A stretch of 47,289 nt of DNA, filler included, from Catajapyx aquilonaris (Eukaryota), in assembly GCA_000934665.2 (NCBI GenBank). It is 2 parts of 2 records of this genome, joined end to end, with 100 filler letters (N's around TTAATTAATTAA, not from the genome) between each part and the next. Parts side by side here need not be neighbours in the genome. Positions count along the whole stretch, not along the records: positions 1 to 23,596 come from KZ539392.1; 1 more part is not named here. One strand, written 5' to 3'. Under the pieces are notes generated by a model. That model worked only from the letters and a program-made list of their open reading frames with translations, did no database searches and was not told the DNA's origin. Numbering within the stretch: the stretch's first letter is position 1; each line of letters opens with the position of its first letter. Shown in pieces: positions 11,945 through 23,696 of the stretch. A program made the position numbers and the translations under genes.

Positions 11945-13455
11945 TATGTGGATAGAGTTTCGATGGGTTCTCTCCGTGCTTGCGTGGGTTTTCTCTGGGT
12001 GCTCCCGTTTCCTCCCACTATCAAAATCCATCATACGCAGGCAATGATTAAAGTCGGTAATAAAAAAATATGATCCCCTAAAAGACCCAAGGAGGCATAT
12101 GACGGGGTATCCATTATTATATTTTGCATTTTCTTTCGCTCGTTCTTTCCAAGAAAAGCTCCGCAATGACAATGTTTCACTCTACTTATAACAGTATAAA
12201 ATATTTACAGAGAGTGATAGATTATTCTATTACTCTGTGGTAACTAATAATGCCATCATATGTTTGTGAATAATACTACTTAAGAATTTGTAGCTATTAT
12301 CTAATGTTGCATTAGTTAAATGAAAATTGATCGCAGTATTTTAAAATATTGTTTTGTTTAATTTGTTGTAGTTGACTGCCAGGAGCTATGATTTATCAAA
12401 CCCGATATTTATCATGCAGTGAACATAATGTAGACACTTTCTTAACCCTTAAGTAGTCAATCATCGAATTAAAAACCATGGAGGTGAAGTACTCCTAATA
12501 AAAAGCATCAATCGCTCGCTCATCCTACGTAAGTCTAAAAATCTGTGTTGTTGTCATTATGATTGTATAAAGAAGACTGTCTGAAAATAAGGTTCTCATA
12601 ATACGTAGTAGTTGTTTTAATAAAAATTTTAAACTACAGACTTAAAGATGCTTAAAAACTCAGTTCCAATAAGCGTTTCAAGTTCGCCTCTGCGTAGCGT
12701 TGGAAATTGCCGCGCTTGAAAAGTTGGGCCAGCCATTCATATTTCTTTTGTGACGGTCATATCGATCAAACTTCGCTTACTTCTAAGGGGAAGACTGGGT
12801 GGAAGCTTCAGCTATCTTGGCTACAAATTGATATGCAGGGAATGAGTAGTGCTCTATTTCGCATTATTGAGCAAAATGTTTTAAGTTGCATGAAGTATAT
12901 ACTGACATCCAGAGTGGAACAGGGTTCCAACACAAACTGATTTATACAAAATGTAACAATCAAGGCTATATTCACTTGTATAGTTATTTCCTACCTCTTT
13001 TCCTTGCCACTCGTTTAGAATAAATAAAACAGGTCTCCACGACTTTAATATTTGAAATCTAAAGATTCTTAACGTATAAGGCGACGTGAGGTGTTTGCAC
13101 AGGTTGTGTCCACTGCACCATCCCTGGCTACCTGCAGGATTAAAATTATTGAAATAGTTAATGGGAATACCTGAGGCCAATGGAAAAAAATAGGTAGATG
13201 TTTTTCTAGAATGCCGTCATATGATATGTTCAGTTGTTGTGATTAAAGAAGAACAACTACAAATACAAGGGAGTAATAGTACTATTAAGGTGCAAAGTTG
13301 AATACATATACACACTTTTCGTAGTTTCTGATATTTCATATTTGTAAAATTGTTGTGGCTCAGATATTCTGAAATTGTAGCTACTTATTGTGCATTAAAA
13401 CCCCGATTGGCAAATCATGCGAGCGTGACAATTCGAGTACAGTGTTGGACATTAA

Positions 13456-13739
13456 CCCTGGACCCGTGCCGTGCCTACGAGTTTTACGGCATCCGTGCCG
13501 TGGGGTCTTTTCGGACCCCAACATATTTTAATTTGTGTTAATTATTATATAATACTTTTCGATGTATTGACTATATACAATCATTCTTTGAAACAATGCC
13601 TAAAATGATCGCTAATTCAAAATAAACATGCACTTCCTGTTATATACTGTAAAAAATGGCAAAAGTTCATTGTAATGATCATTTTAATGCATTTTTTTTT
13701 CCTTGGGGTCCAAAAAGACCCCACGGCACGGTTCCAGGG
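13456..13739. mobile_element. piggyBac-like TTAA MITE (same family as 23209-23455)
   Basis: TTAA|CCCTGGACCCGTGCCGTG ... CACGGCACGGTTCCAGGG|TTAA. Confidence 0.85.
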
Positions 13740-13850
13740 TTAATCGATTCATACTGCTAGCAGGGTACATTCGATTTTTGCGTCTCTTTGTTTTGGGCGT
13801 TGCCAAGACTGGCGGCCATTTTGAAGTGTGTGAAACGCCAACGAAATATA

Positions 13851-14315
13851 AGGCGTATTCGGCAATTCAGATTATTCTGACATGGGTCACGTGATATCTG
13901 AGTTGTTAGCCCTGCCCCTCAGAGGATTATTGCCGAACGGCAGAACTGAGAGACCCCCCTACCCGCCTGTGCTGCATCCCAATGTTGGTACCAATGTTCG
14001 GGTATTTCGGTGCCGTATTTCGGACGCTTGGGGGTAATGGTGCGGGTAAAATGAAAATGCGGGTAAAATCGGGTATTTTCAGGTCCTCTCGCGGAGGTTT
14101 TGGGCATTTTGCATTGGCAACACTGCTGCATCCATAACAATAATTTGTTTGTTAATTGTTTCTCAGCAAGTAAGTCAGGTCAGGAGTACACTAAGTTCCT
14201 GAGCTTGGGAAGTCAGGTAGGGCGCATGCGCACTTACTTCAGGGGGCGTGGCACCTGATTTGCCGAACATCCAAACAGCCCAGGAAGTCAGATTCCTGAA
14301 TTGCCGAATACGCCT
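13851..14315. mobile_element. Harbinger-like MITE
   Basis: TIR AGGCGTATTCGGCAATTCAG / CTGAATTGCCGAATACGCCT with an ATA duplication. Removing it restores the host palindrome arm. Confidence 0.7.
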
Positions 14316-15431
14316 ATAAATAGGGTACAGGCAGGCCGTCAAGGTCCGCGGGGGTCCGCCATCTTTGATGGTTTTGGCTGCCATGGCAATACGCGGCAAT
14401 AACAATTTACTTACCCATTCCAATATCGAATTCAAATTCGCGCGTGTTCTTGCCGTGTAGTTGCCATGGCAGCCAAAACCATCAAAGATGGCGGACCCTA
14501 TTTTTGCCTGTACTCTATTTATACCTCGTTGGCGTTCCACACACTTCAAAATGGCCGCCAGCCTTGGCATCGCCCTATAAACAGAGAGACGCGAACATCA
14601 AAGGCGCCGACAGAAGTTTGCGCCTCTTATGTAGTATATGCTCCCTGCTGCTAGCGACAATTTCCGAAGAGGCAGAAGAACGAATCGAAGATATGGATAG
14701 TAGCCGTGCGAGCAGGATTCGTTCTTCTGCCGCTTCGGAAAATGTCGCTAGCAGTATGACTCGATTAATGTCCAACACTGTACACTTTTTCTCATTGCCA
14801 AGGAAATTCAAATTGTACAACAATGACATCGAATGTTGTCAGTCTCATTTCTCGTTGCCATGGAAGTAAGCTGCCGATTGTTTGCACAACAGTAGAAGGC
14901 ATTTGTTGCTCCAGCCCCCCGCAACTGCCACCCTTTCCTTGTGGTGACGGTAGCGTACTTACAGAGTTTCCGCTGGCGCTGGCGTCTCGCTCACTGGGGC
15001 CAGCGGGTTGCCACATTCACTCGAGCGGACGCCTTCTGGACTAACCCAAACCGTCAATACTCACAGGGAAGGTCACAGGGTGATAATGACGGATCTTGAT
15101 GAAAGTTAACATGCTAATACAGGACAATATATGATACCCAAAAATGAAATATTTCGTGAGGAGGCCCATATTTGCAAAAGTTATGACGTCTTAAAGTTCA
15201 AAAAAAAAACCCTTTTCATTGAGTTCATAATGGGATTAGATTAGCGACCACATATAAGACCACATTGAAGTGTGTAATCAGTTTCTACACTTTGTCTCAT
15301 CGGAAAAAAGTCCTACATAACGGCTCTGTATCTCTTACGGTTTAAAGGCCTTGATACCTGTCCACAGACGGACGGACGGACAGAGCCGTTCTGTAGGACT
15401 TTTTTCCTACGAGAAGAAGTGTAGAAACGAA

Positions 15432-15542
15432 GCCAGAGATGGCCCAACTCTGCACGGAGGTGGGAACCCCGGGTGGGGATTGAACCCGGGACCTTAACTT
15501 CCGTGAGCGCACGCGTTACCGCGACGCCACTCCGTCTCCCCT
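15432..15542 (-). mobile_element. tRNA-like SINE head
   Basis: Minus strand has TGGCGTCGCGG (A box) and GGTTCAATCCC (B box). Confidence 0.6.
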
Positions 15543-16295
15543 TATTCCAGACCTAATAACTTACTTGTGGACGTTTTCTGATAATAATCTAGTAGGCCTA
15601 CAGTAGCCCTATTGGTTATGGTTTTAAAATGTTTCTTTCCACAATACGCAGTCGGCGGGTGTCCTGAAAAATTCCAGCCTTTTTACAGAGTGAAAGTTTT
15701 GCAAGGTAATAATAATCGTTCTTATCACGTATTCAAAAGTCAACAATTATCAAATCGATCAAGTAGTTGCCAAAATGGAGGGGTAGCCCAGAAAGAGTGA
15801 TGTGATAAATATAAAGGATAACGTGATGTTGGAAGAAACTAAACTTTTCGCTTTTGCAACGAAATATGATTTTAGTGCGGTGTGCATCAATAGCTCGAGG
15901 AAAAGAAGAAAATAATATTGATGGTGACATGGGTCAGAACACCGTCCTTTAATAATTGTTATTCTTTTACTTGTAGCGGAACCCGTTCACTTTACGCAAA
16001 CTTTTCCGCCCAGTGATACCAATACTTTGGTAGTGGTAGGACAGAAACCTTGTCCAACCATGCTGTGACCTGCAACTATAAATTAAGTTAATATTGATAG
16101 GTCGCTTGGTGACATAATCACTATTTATTCAGGCTCAAGTAAAAATTGCAGTTCGTTGTACATGCCTAACAAAGTGAATTGAATAGTGACTGCCACCAGA
16201 ATGGTTGCGCCAGATTATTTTAAACCCAATTTAATTAAACAAATGATGGTCCAAAGGCAAAAAGATCCTATGATCCATACATTTTTATATACCAA

Positions 16296-16530
16296 GGGCG
16301 GCACACGGTGGCGTAGTGGTTAGCGCAACAGCCTTCCACCTCTGAGGTCTCGAGGTCGATCCCAGGATCGTACAGAGGATGCTTATGTGGATAGAGTTGC
16401 AATGGGTTCTCTCCGTGTTCGCGTGGGTTTTCTCGGGCTATCCCATTTCCTCCCACAATCAAAATCCATCACAGCACAGGGGCAGTGAATTAAGACGGTC
16501 AATGAAAAAGATGATCCCCTAAAAGGCCTA
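16296..16530 (+). mobile_element. V-domain tRNA-SINE
   Basis: A box TGGCGTAGTGG, B-box-like GGTCGATCCC, and V core TTCTCTCCGTGTTCGCGTGGGTTTTCTCGGG..TTTCCTCCCAC. Confidence 0.8.
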
Positions 16531-16887
16531 TCACGAATGTTCCGAACATCAGCTCCGGAGCGAACATCTGCCCTCACTTCTGCCTTAGTTCATGCCATCA
16601 ACACTCTGTCTGGCATGACTTTTCCTGGCGGAATGTAGGCGGGAACGCTCGGCTCGCCACTCGGTCTCGTCCAACGGCTGCCGCGCCTGCGCATAAGGTG
16701 CAAGAAGGCGCCTACCCATCCTATAAAGTAGAGGAAGGATCAACGTACCTGCGCATGCTAGTTTTTACCCTGTCTGTCTCATGGCGTCGAAACTGTAGCA
16801 TCGTGAAACTTACTTTCCGACTAGCCCTCGCATGTCGCTTGCACTAGTCGTCCGAAGAAAACTCATAGGTTTAGAACCATATACTGT

Positions 16888-17821
16888 ATATGCACGGGAC
16901 CCCAAAAATTTTCCGTTATGGACAGGTTTCCGCTATAACCAGATCAAGGACGTTACTCATTTTTTTTTGCTCGCGAGAAAGAGAGGAAAATGGGGAGAGC
17001 AGAAATAAGCACCTTACCTCAATATGGTGCAAAATAATAATTTTGCCTGCTCCATTGGACCATGAGCCCGGATTCGGGCATTATGTTGAACCCGTGTCAA
17101 CCCCTTCCTCTTCCCCGACATAACTGGATTGAACCGTGAACTAAAAGACACCTACGAGTCACATGAGTCACATCTTCTTGGCCCTTCCCGAAAGCCGATT
17201 TTCGAGTTTCTGAACCAAAAATAGTCCCCCTCTCCTCACCCTTTCCCCGGCCTCCCTCTCCTACTTCCTCCTACTCCTCTCCTGCCCCCACTTCCAGAGG
17301 GCCAACAGGACAAGTAAAGGGAGGAAACAGGGGGAGCGGGCAAATCAACTGTCACACTTCAAGGCAACAGGCCATAGCAATTCCAGAAATAACTAGACAC
17401 ACGTGGTCCAAAAAGGGTTACTCAGAGGCCACCTGGAATTGCCAATAGTGAACCCGACTGTACTGAGTTTCCATTTTTGTGACTCGCAGGATATAATGCG
17501 AACCTTTTGATTTCCGCTATGAACAGGGATTTTCTCTGAAGGGAGCCAAAAATCCCTTCCGTTGGGAGGTCCGAGGTTGAAGGTAGCAGCTTGAGACCCT
17601 GAAAATCTCCACTTGGGTTCCTTTGAGATCATGTCCTCTATCCGCGTGAACTGAAAAAAAAAAAACGATTAGCGAAATCCCTTCCGTTTCCGCGTTGGGC
17701 AGGTTCCGTTATATCCGTCAAAAATACATTGTATGCCCTATGCCTATGCCCGTTCCCGGAAAAATTCCGTAATTGATAGGTTTCCGCTATATCCAGGGTC
17801 CGTTATGGGCATGTTTCACTG
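16888..17821. mobile_element. Tigger/pogo-like non-autonomous element, left end degraded
   Basis: Repeated ttccg(t/c)tat motifs at both ends. Right end ...TTTCACTG|TA. Confidence 0.45.
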
Positions 17822-18332
17822 TACCCATGTGTAGTCGCGTGCAAATATTCCAGGCGGTGCTATACTACAGAATAAGTAGCCCATTATCTCGGTACGAGGC
17901 TGCTTCAGATAAATGACATACTCTCTGGACCGCTCTAGACGAAGTGATCTTTTTGTTGAAGGGATTTGTAACTTTATATCTTTGTCGAAATATTTACGGA
18001 ACATTATAAACACATTTGACGTCGAAGGACTTGTCGGGTGCAAGAATTGCGTTTGAGAGGTTATTGCGATTTCCTTTCCATGGTAAGATCATCGAAATGG
18101 TGTTTGGAGAGCGTGTAGCTTTTCTACAACCCCTCCCTGTTAAGAAATATTTACATCAGTCTTCACTTCACTCTTCAGGCAGGAAATAAGCCTGTGACTT
18201 CCGGATACCTTCAGTAGTCTCGTATATAAATAATTGAGAGTTTTAGACCACATTTCTCTCTCGAGCTAATGGCATGAAAGTATTTATAGCTTCCATTGGC
18301 GTTAAATACGTGCATTACTGCTTGTTTTAATA

Positions 18333-19986
18333 CAGGCTGATCGAAAAAGAATGCCCCGACTCTTAAACCCTATAAGCTATAACTCAAAAACTAGCAGACA
18401 TATTTTAATGATTGAAGTTTTGAAAAGTTAAGGAAGGTCGAACGTTTTGGTCTCACCTAAATTTGTTTCGATATGTGCTTCATTCGTCGCTCAGCAGATA
18501 AAAAACACGGTATTTCGTATCGTGCCAAGCCCGTTCAATGATACCTGGAGTTACCATTGCAATCCTATCCCGTAGGTGATGGATATGATGGGTATTTACA
18601 CCACACACATTGTTCTTGATGATGCACATAAAAAGTACAAACGTCTCCAGACAGCCAGCACCTCACCACAAACCACCTCGCCTGCGCGCCGTCGTGCGGG
18701 AGGGCGGGGAAGCTCAGAAGAGAGGGGGGGTCAGAGCTGTGTAGCTGCTACTCAGCAGCCGCTACAGCTATTGCGCTATTCTGCGACTCGGTATCACTGC
18801 ATTTTCGCCATAAAATGACGCGTGACTGACAATACTCCCTGCAGGGTACTGTACGGTACTAAATAAATTCCTGGATAAAAATAAGGAGGCACGGAGTGAA
18901 AAAAAAGACAGAAGAAAAGACGACGAAAAAAAGGGGAAAAAAGAAGCCTTACTGGGACGCGAACCTGCAGCCTTCTGATCTATAGGCCAGCGCGCTGACC
19001 AATACGCTACAGCAGCCATCGCTGGGATGGCTCCTTCCGACGGGGGTTCTTATACTGCGCAGAGGTCATGACTAATGACTAATGACTAATGACGTGGAGG
19101 GGGCGAGCGTGTTGATATTTTCAGTGCTGGAATATTAATTTTCACTGCTTGATGTGGGCAGGGGGTAGGGGTACGATGTACTAACCCAACCCAACCCAAC
19201 CTAACCTAACCTTCACTCGTTGCGTATACAACCTATCTTCACGTATACAGCCCTATTTCACGTATACAGCCCTATTTCACGTATACAGCCCCATCTTCAC
19301 GTATACAGCCCTATAGTCAGCGTATACAGCCCTACGTACGGATGTGACTACAACCGTATATGATAGCAGGATAGCGGATAGCGGAATCGCAGTAGCTGCT
19401 ACGGAGTAGCAGTTATCCGATGGAGTGATCGGATCGGCGATGAACCGAACGGCGCATGCGCTGCCTGTGGCAGGACATTATTCGCTTCCCGGCCCTCCCG
19501 CACGATGGCGCGCAGGCGAGGTGGTTTGTGGTGAGGTTCCGGCTGTCTGGAGACGTTTTATAAAAAGTCGCCTCATCCATGAAACAAACCTGCCGTAGGA
19601 AAGTTTCATAATTTGTTCAGCGAGACTCCCAGAGTGCGACGTCTTGAATTAGACGTTTTCCAATGCCTAGCCTCTCCAGAAGCCCAGATATTACCCCGAT
19701 TGACTTTTTTTGTGGAGACACATGTATGGAGAAAAGATTCGGCATCTCCAGCACCTACGGGATAGGATCACAATATTATTGTGACTCCAGACATGTCAGA
19801 CCGGGTTAGGTACGACACCGATTACAGTTTTACATTTTTTGAGCAACAAATGGAGCTCATATCGACACAAACTATGGTAAGACCAAAACTCTTCTTAACA
19901 TTTTAAAACTTAAATCATTAAGATATGTCTACAAGTTTTCGAGTTATATGGGTTTAGAATCGGGGAATTCTTTTTCGACCACTCTG
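18333..19986 (+). mobile_element. Decayed Tc1/mariner-superfamily element with long TIRs
   Basis: TA|CAGGCTGATCGAAAAAGAAT ... ATTCTTTTTCGACCACTCTG|TA, arms about 240 bp. Transposase motif SRSPDITPIDFF(LW), frameshifted, at ~19675-19716. Confidence 0.8.
18639..19558. mobile_element. Nested inverted-repeat element with tRNA-like segment, (CCTAA)n and 20-bp tandem repeat
   Basis: GC-rich inverted arms of about 75 bp, minus-strand A/B boxes at ~18950-19020, ccaac/ctaac array at 19181-19212, and about five ttcacgtatacagccctat units at 19238-19334. Confidence 0.6.
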
Positions 19987-20249
19987 TATTATAACAAGTG
20001 TAACGTTTATGTGGTAGGTTATACCTTGTATATCACTATGGAAAAGAAGATAAACGATGAAACTACATCTATATCAGTAAAATTAAGGTTAAGACATTTA
20101 CCATATTATTTTTCACGCAGATACGCAATTGTTTGAAAGTTGTTGGGGATGGATGGCAAATGTGCAAGTTATGTGGAAGGGACTGGATTGAAAAGTCAGC
20201 GATAATGTTTAGTAACTGAATGAGAAATATTTGCACCTTATTTTTATAG

Positions 20250-20486
<237 letters not shown>

Positions 20487-20831
20487 TAGTATATGGTCTA
20501 CTTTGGGGTACCTCAGCACGTATTGTAAGACGTGTAATGCAGGTAATCAGTCACATCGGAATCGGAATGGAATCGAGGTACGAAGGTTTGAAGATTGCAT
20601 TATCGCTTAAGCGGATGTTAGATTAGATCAAGATTAGATGGACAATCTCAACATGGAGGTACCCTTTTCGAATTTAAAAGATAGACATCGGGAGATTTCC
20701 TCATCAGTAAGGTGTTTCTGGCCTATTTAGCGGAGGGAGTGCCCGAGACCTTGGGTATAGGAGTTGCCCATGCACAGGTATCAGCAGACTGATGCAACCT
20801 TGGACGGGATACGTTCAAATATAGGATGTAC

Positions 20832-21396
20832 CAGAAGTCGGTACCTATTTTTATTTCCGAATAACTTTCCAACGAGTACACCTACGGAAGTCAAACATGA
20901 TTCAAAATGTGCAGGAATTCATAAGAATTTATCTGGGTGACACCTCAGTGACACCTTGTTACTGTGTCGAGCGCAGCTTGACACTTCTTCCGCGGTGGCG
21001 CTTCAGCGGGCGCAGGTTGACACGTCTTGCCGTGGTGGCGCTGATAACGGGGGAAGATGTGAACAAAATGTCGGACCACCTCTCTCGCTCTCTGTGATAT
21101 CACAGGACAGCCCCAGAACACTCCGACCCCATTCGTTTGTCACAGACAGGTGGTCCGACATTTTGTTCACAGCTGACCCCGTTATCAGCGCCACCACGGC
21201 AAGAAGTGTCAACCTGCGCCCGATAACAGCGCCACCGCGGAAGAAGTGTAAAGCTGCGCTCGCTAGCAGTGCCACCGTAGCAAAGTGTCACCCAGATAAA
21301 TTCTTATGAATTCCTGCACATTTTGAATCATGTTTGACTTCCGTATGTGTACTCGTTGGAAAGTAATTCGGAAATGAAAATAGGTACCGACTTCTG
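20832..21396. mobile_element. 565-bp near-perfect fold-back element in a tubulin intron
   Basis: CAGAAGTCGGTACCTATTTT ... AAAATAGGTACCGACTTCTG, with arms pairing almost to the centre (~21080-21150). Confidence 0.85.
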
Positions 21397-21556
21397 ATCC
21401 ACTCTGGTGAGTTGCGCGTCTGTTTTACGCCTCTTTATGGGAGATATGTTTTTCATAAAATTCTAGAGTATCAGCTGTAATGTCTCTAGCAAAAATTACT
21501 GGAACATCATGAAGTTCTCTTGATCAAGCAATACATAACTCAAATTTTAAGTGTGA

Positions 21557-21769
21557 AGACGCGTTTACATGTGAGCGATTTTACGAGCGAAGTCTTCGCC
21601 GAGCGGTAACATCTCTGAGTAACCCGAGTAACCAATATTGTTTGAGGTGAAAGTAACAATCTAGGTTCTCCTCAAACAATACGTAACTTACTGGTTACTC
21701 GGGTTATTCAGCGATGTTGCCGCTCGGCGAAGACTTCTCTCGTCAAATCGCTCACATGTAAACGCGGCT
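21557..21769. mobile_element. PIF/Harbinger-like MITE
   Basis: TGA|AGACGCGTTTACATGTGAGCGA ... TCGCTCACATGTAAACGCGGCT|TGA. Confidence 0.85.
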
Positions 21770-22293
21770 TGACTATGATTGTTCTTTATTAGAGGTGTTT
21801 ATTTGCTACATTTAATCAGCCATGTCAAATGCTATAATAGTAAGTGATACGTGAGCGGATTTAAAAGAACTTGCCGCGTATAACACAGCAGAATGTGAGG
21901 GTGCATAACACAACCATTTGCTACCAGGTCTCCAGAGTTTCCTTACTGACAACTTCTACTCTTCTAAATTGTGTAGGGCATACGGCCATGTTCAATCGAT
22001 CTAAGAAGTAGAATCAATGATTCTAACAAAGTAGTCTGTCGCTCCAGGCAACATAGAGGTATAAACATATCCCCAACCGGGCACTGGCCTAATTCTGGCG
22101 GCCCCCTACCTCCCCCACCCGTCCATTCTGTTTCATATACGTCGATAAATGCAATGATTTATCGACCACTTGAGTTGGTTACCTATTTGTGCACATTGTG
22201 CATCTGAGCTAATTTCAGGAAGTTTGAGAAATTCCTGGGGTGAATGTGAAGGGGTGGTTATGATGGATGATGTCCATTGGTGTCCATTGGTGA

Positions 22294-22437
<144 letters not shown>

Positions 22438-23055
22438 TAAATTCACTGTACTTCTAACTTCTTTTTTCAAAATAGTGTTCTCACTACTGTATAATGTACT
22501 GTATAATTATTATGGTACATGGTCAAGTTAAACTCTGAGCGGGACCACACGTACCCCCCCCCCCCTACTCCCCCCCTCCGCCACAGAGACACAGGCAGGG
22601 GGAGGGAGGGGAGAGAAATGGGCTATTTTTCGCAAAAGGGGGCCAAGTCTGAAAGATTGATTTCTTTTTCAATAGTGGTGTAGCATGGAATGTTTACTCT
22701 AGAAACCAGTTTCAAGACAAGCAACAATCCCGACAAATGATTGTGACCTAATTGCTTCTTCCAACGCATAGGGTTGCTTCTCTATAAACTGGTTGCTGGG
22801 GCAAACAATCGGTAACTTATTCAGATGCCCCATTCTTGGAAAGGGAACTTGTGCACTCCACCATACCATGTTTACAATAATATAATTTTTACATTTTTCA
22901 AAGTGACATATTTGGACCTGTTTTCAGGTATAGACAGATGCACTGGTTTCCCAGGTATATTCCATGGTCTTGACTCAGTTTAGGAAAATGTCGATTTTGG
23001 CCTTTCTGCTAATTTATACAGTACAGTATATCAGGATAGGACAATACGTACGTAC

Positions 23056-23466
23056 CAGTCGGTTAAAGGATTTCCTTCCCACATGAGGCGGGTAAATTAG
23101 CCTCCAACGGAGGTGCTACAGCTAGGGGAGTGCAAGTCATTGCATCAGGGGGAGGCAGTACCTCTGTTGGAGGCTAATTTCTTCTCATGTGGTAAGGAAA
23201 TTCTTTAACCCTGGAACCGTGCCGTGGGGTCGTTTTGGACCCCAAGGAATTAAAATGGATTAAAATGATGATTACAATGAACTTTTGCCATTTTTTACAG
23301 TATGTAACAGGAAGTGCATGTTTATTTTGAATTAGCGATCATTTTAGGCATAATTCAAAGAATAATGATTGCATATAGTCAATACATTGAAAAGTATTAT
23401 ATAAAAATTAAAATATGGATGGGGTCCTAAAAGACCCCACGGCACGTTTCCAGGCTTAACCGACTG
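23056..23466. mobile_element. Mariner-type MITE with an interrupted right TIR
   Basis: CAGTCGGTTAAAGGATTTCCTT ... AAGGAAATTCTTTAA[insertion]CCGACTG|TA. Confidence 0.75.
23209..23455. mobile_element. piggyBac-like TTAA MITE
   Basis: TTAA-flanked, inverted copy of 13456-13739. Confidence 0.85.
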
Positions 23467-23596
23467 TATCCATCCTATCGGATAAGAAGTTCCCTTTAAC
23501 CTCCTCAGACCCAAAAGAGTTCTATTCAACATGCATATTCCAGATTTTGTGGCTAGATATACTTTCGCACTGGGAACAAAAAAACCATCATACACA

Positions 23597-23696
23597 NNNN
23601 NNNNNNNNNNNNNNNNNNNNNNNNNNNNNNNNNNNNNNNNTTAATTAATTAANNNNNNNNNNNNNNNNNNNNNNNNNNNNNNNNNNNNNNNNNNNN
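23597..23696. other. Artificial contig-joining linker / assembly gap
   Basis: 44 N + TTAATTAATTAA (stops in all six frames) + 44 N, exactly 100 bp. Confidence 0.95.

Larger units (their letters stand above)
11155..12090 (+). mobile_element. V-domain tRNA-SINE interrupted by nested MITEs
   Basis: Head at 11155-11243, body resuming at 11948 with the V core (TTCTCTCCGTG..TGCGTGGGTTTTCTCTGGGTGCTCCCGTTTCCTCCCAC). Colinear with the uninterrupted copy at 16296-16530. Confidence 0.85.
13440..14780. mobile_element. TA-flanked palindromic Tc1/mariner-type MITE
   Basis: TA|CAGTGTTGGACATTAA[insertion]TCGATTCATACTGCTAGC ... GCTAGCAGTATGACTCGATTAATGTCCAACACTG|TA. Internal inverted arms 13773-14599 and a hairpin at 14648-14754. 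Confidence 0.8.
13400..15428 (-). mobile_element. HINE-like element split by nested insertions
   Basis: Removing 13440-14780 restores ttcgagtacactttttctcattg, matching the 6860 copy. (GACG)n at ~15365 and a ~50-bp fold-back at 15281-15428. Confidence 0.7.

Noticed and set aside
19238..19334. CRISPR-like array
   Set aside because: Head-to-tail 20-bp repeats without unique spacers in eukaryotic DNA, so a minisatellite.
23641..23652. TTAATTAATTAA as piggyBac target sites or the natural stop of RepHel
   Set aside because: It is centred between two runs of 44 N and provides six-frame stops, so it is a linker.
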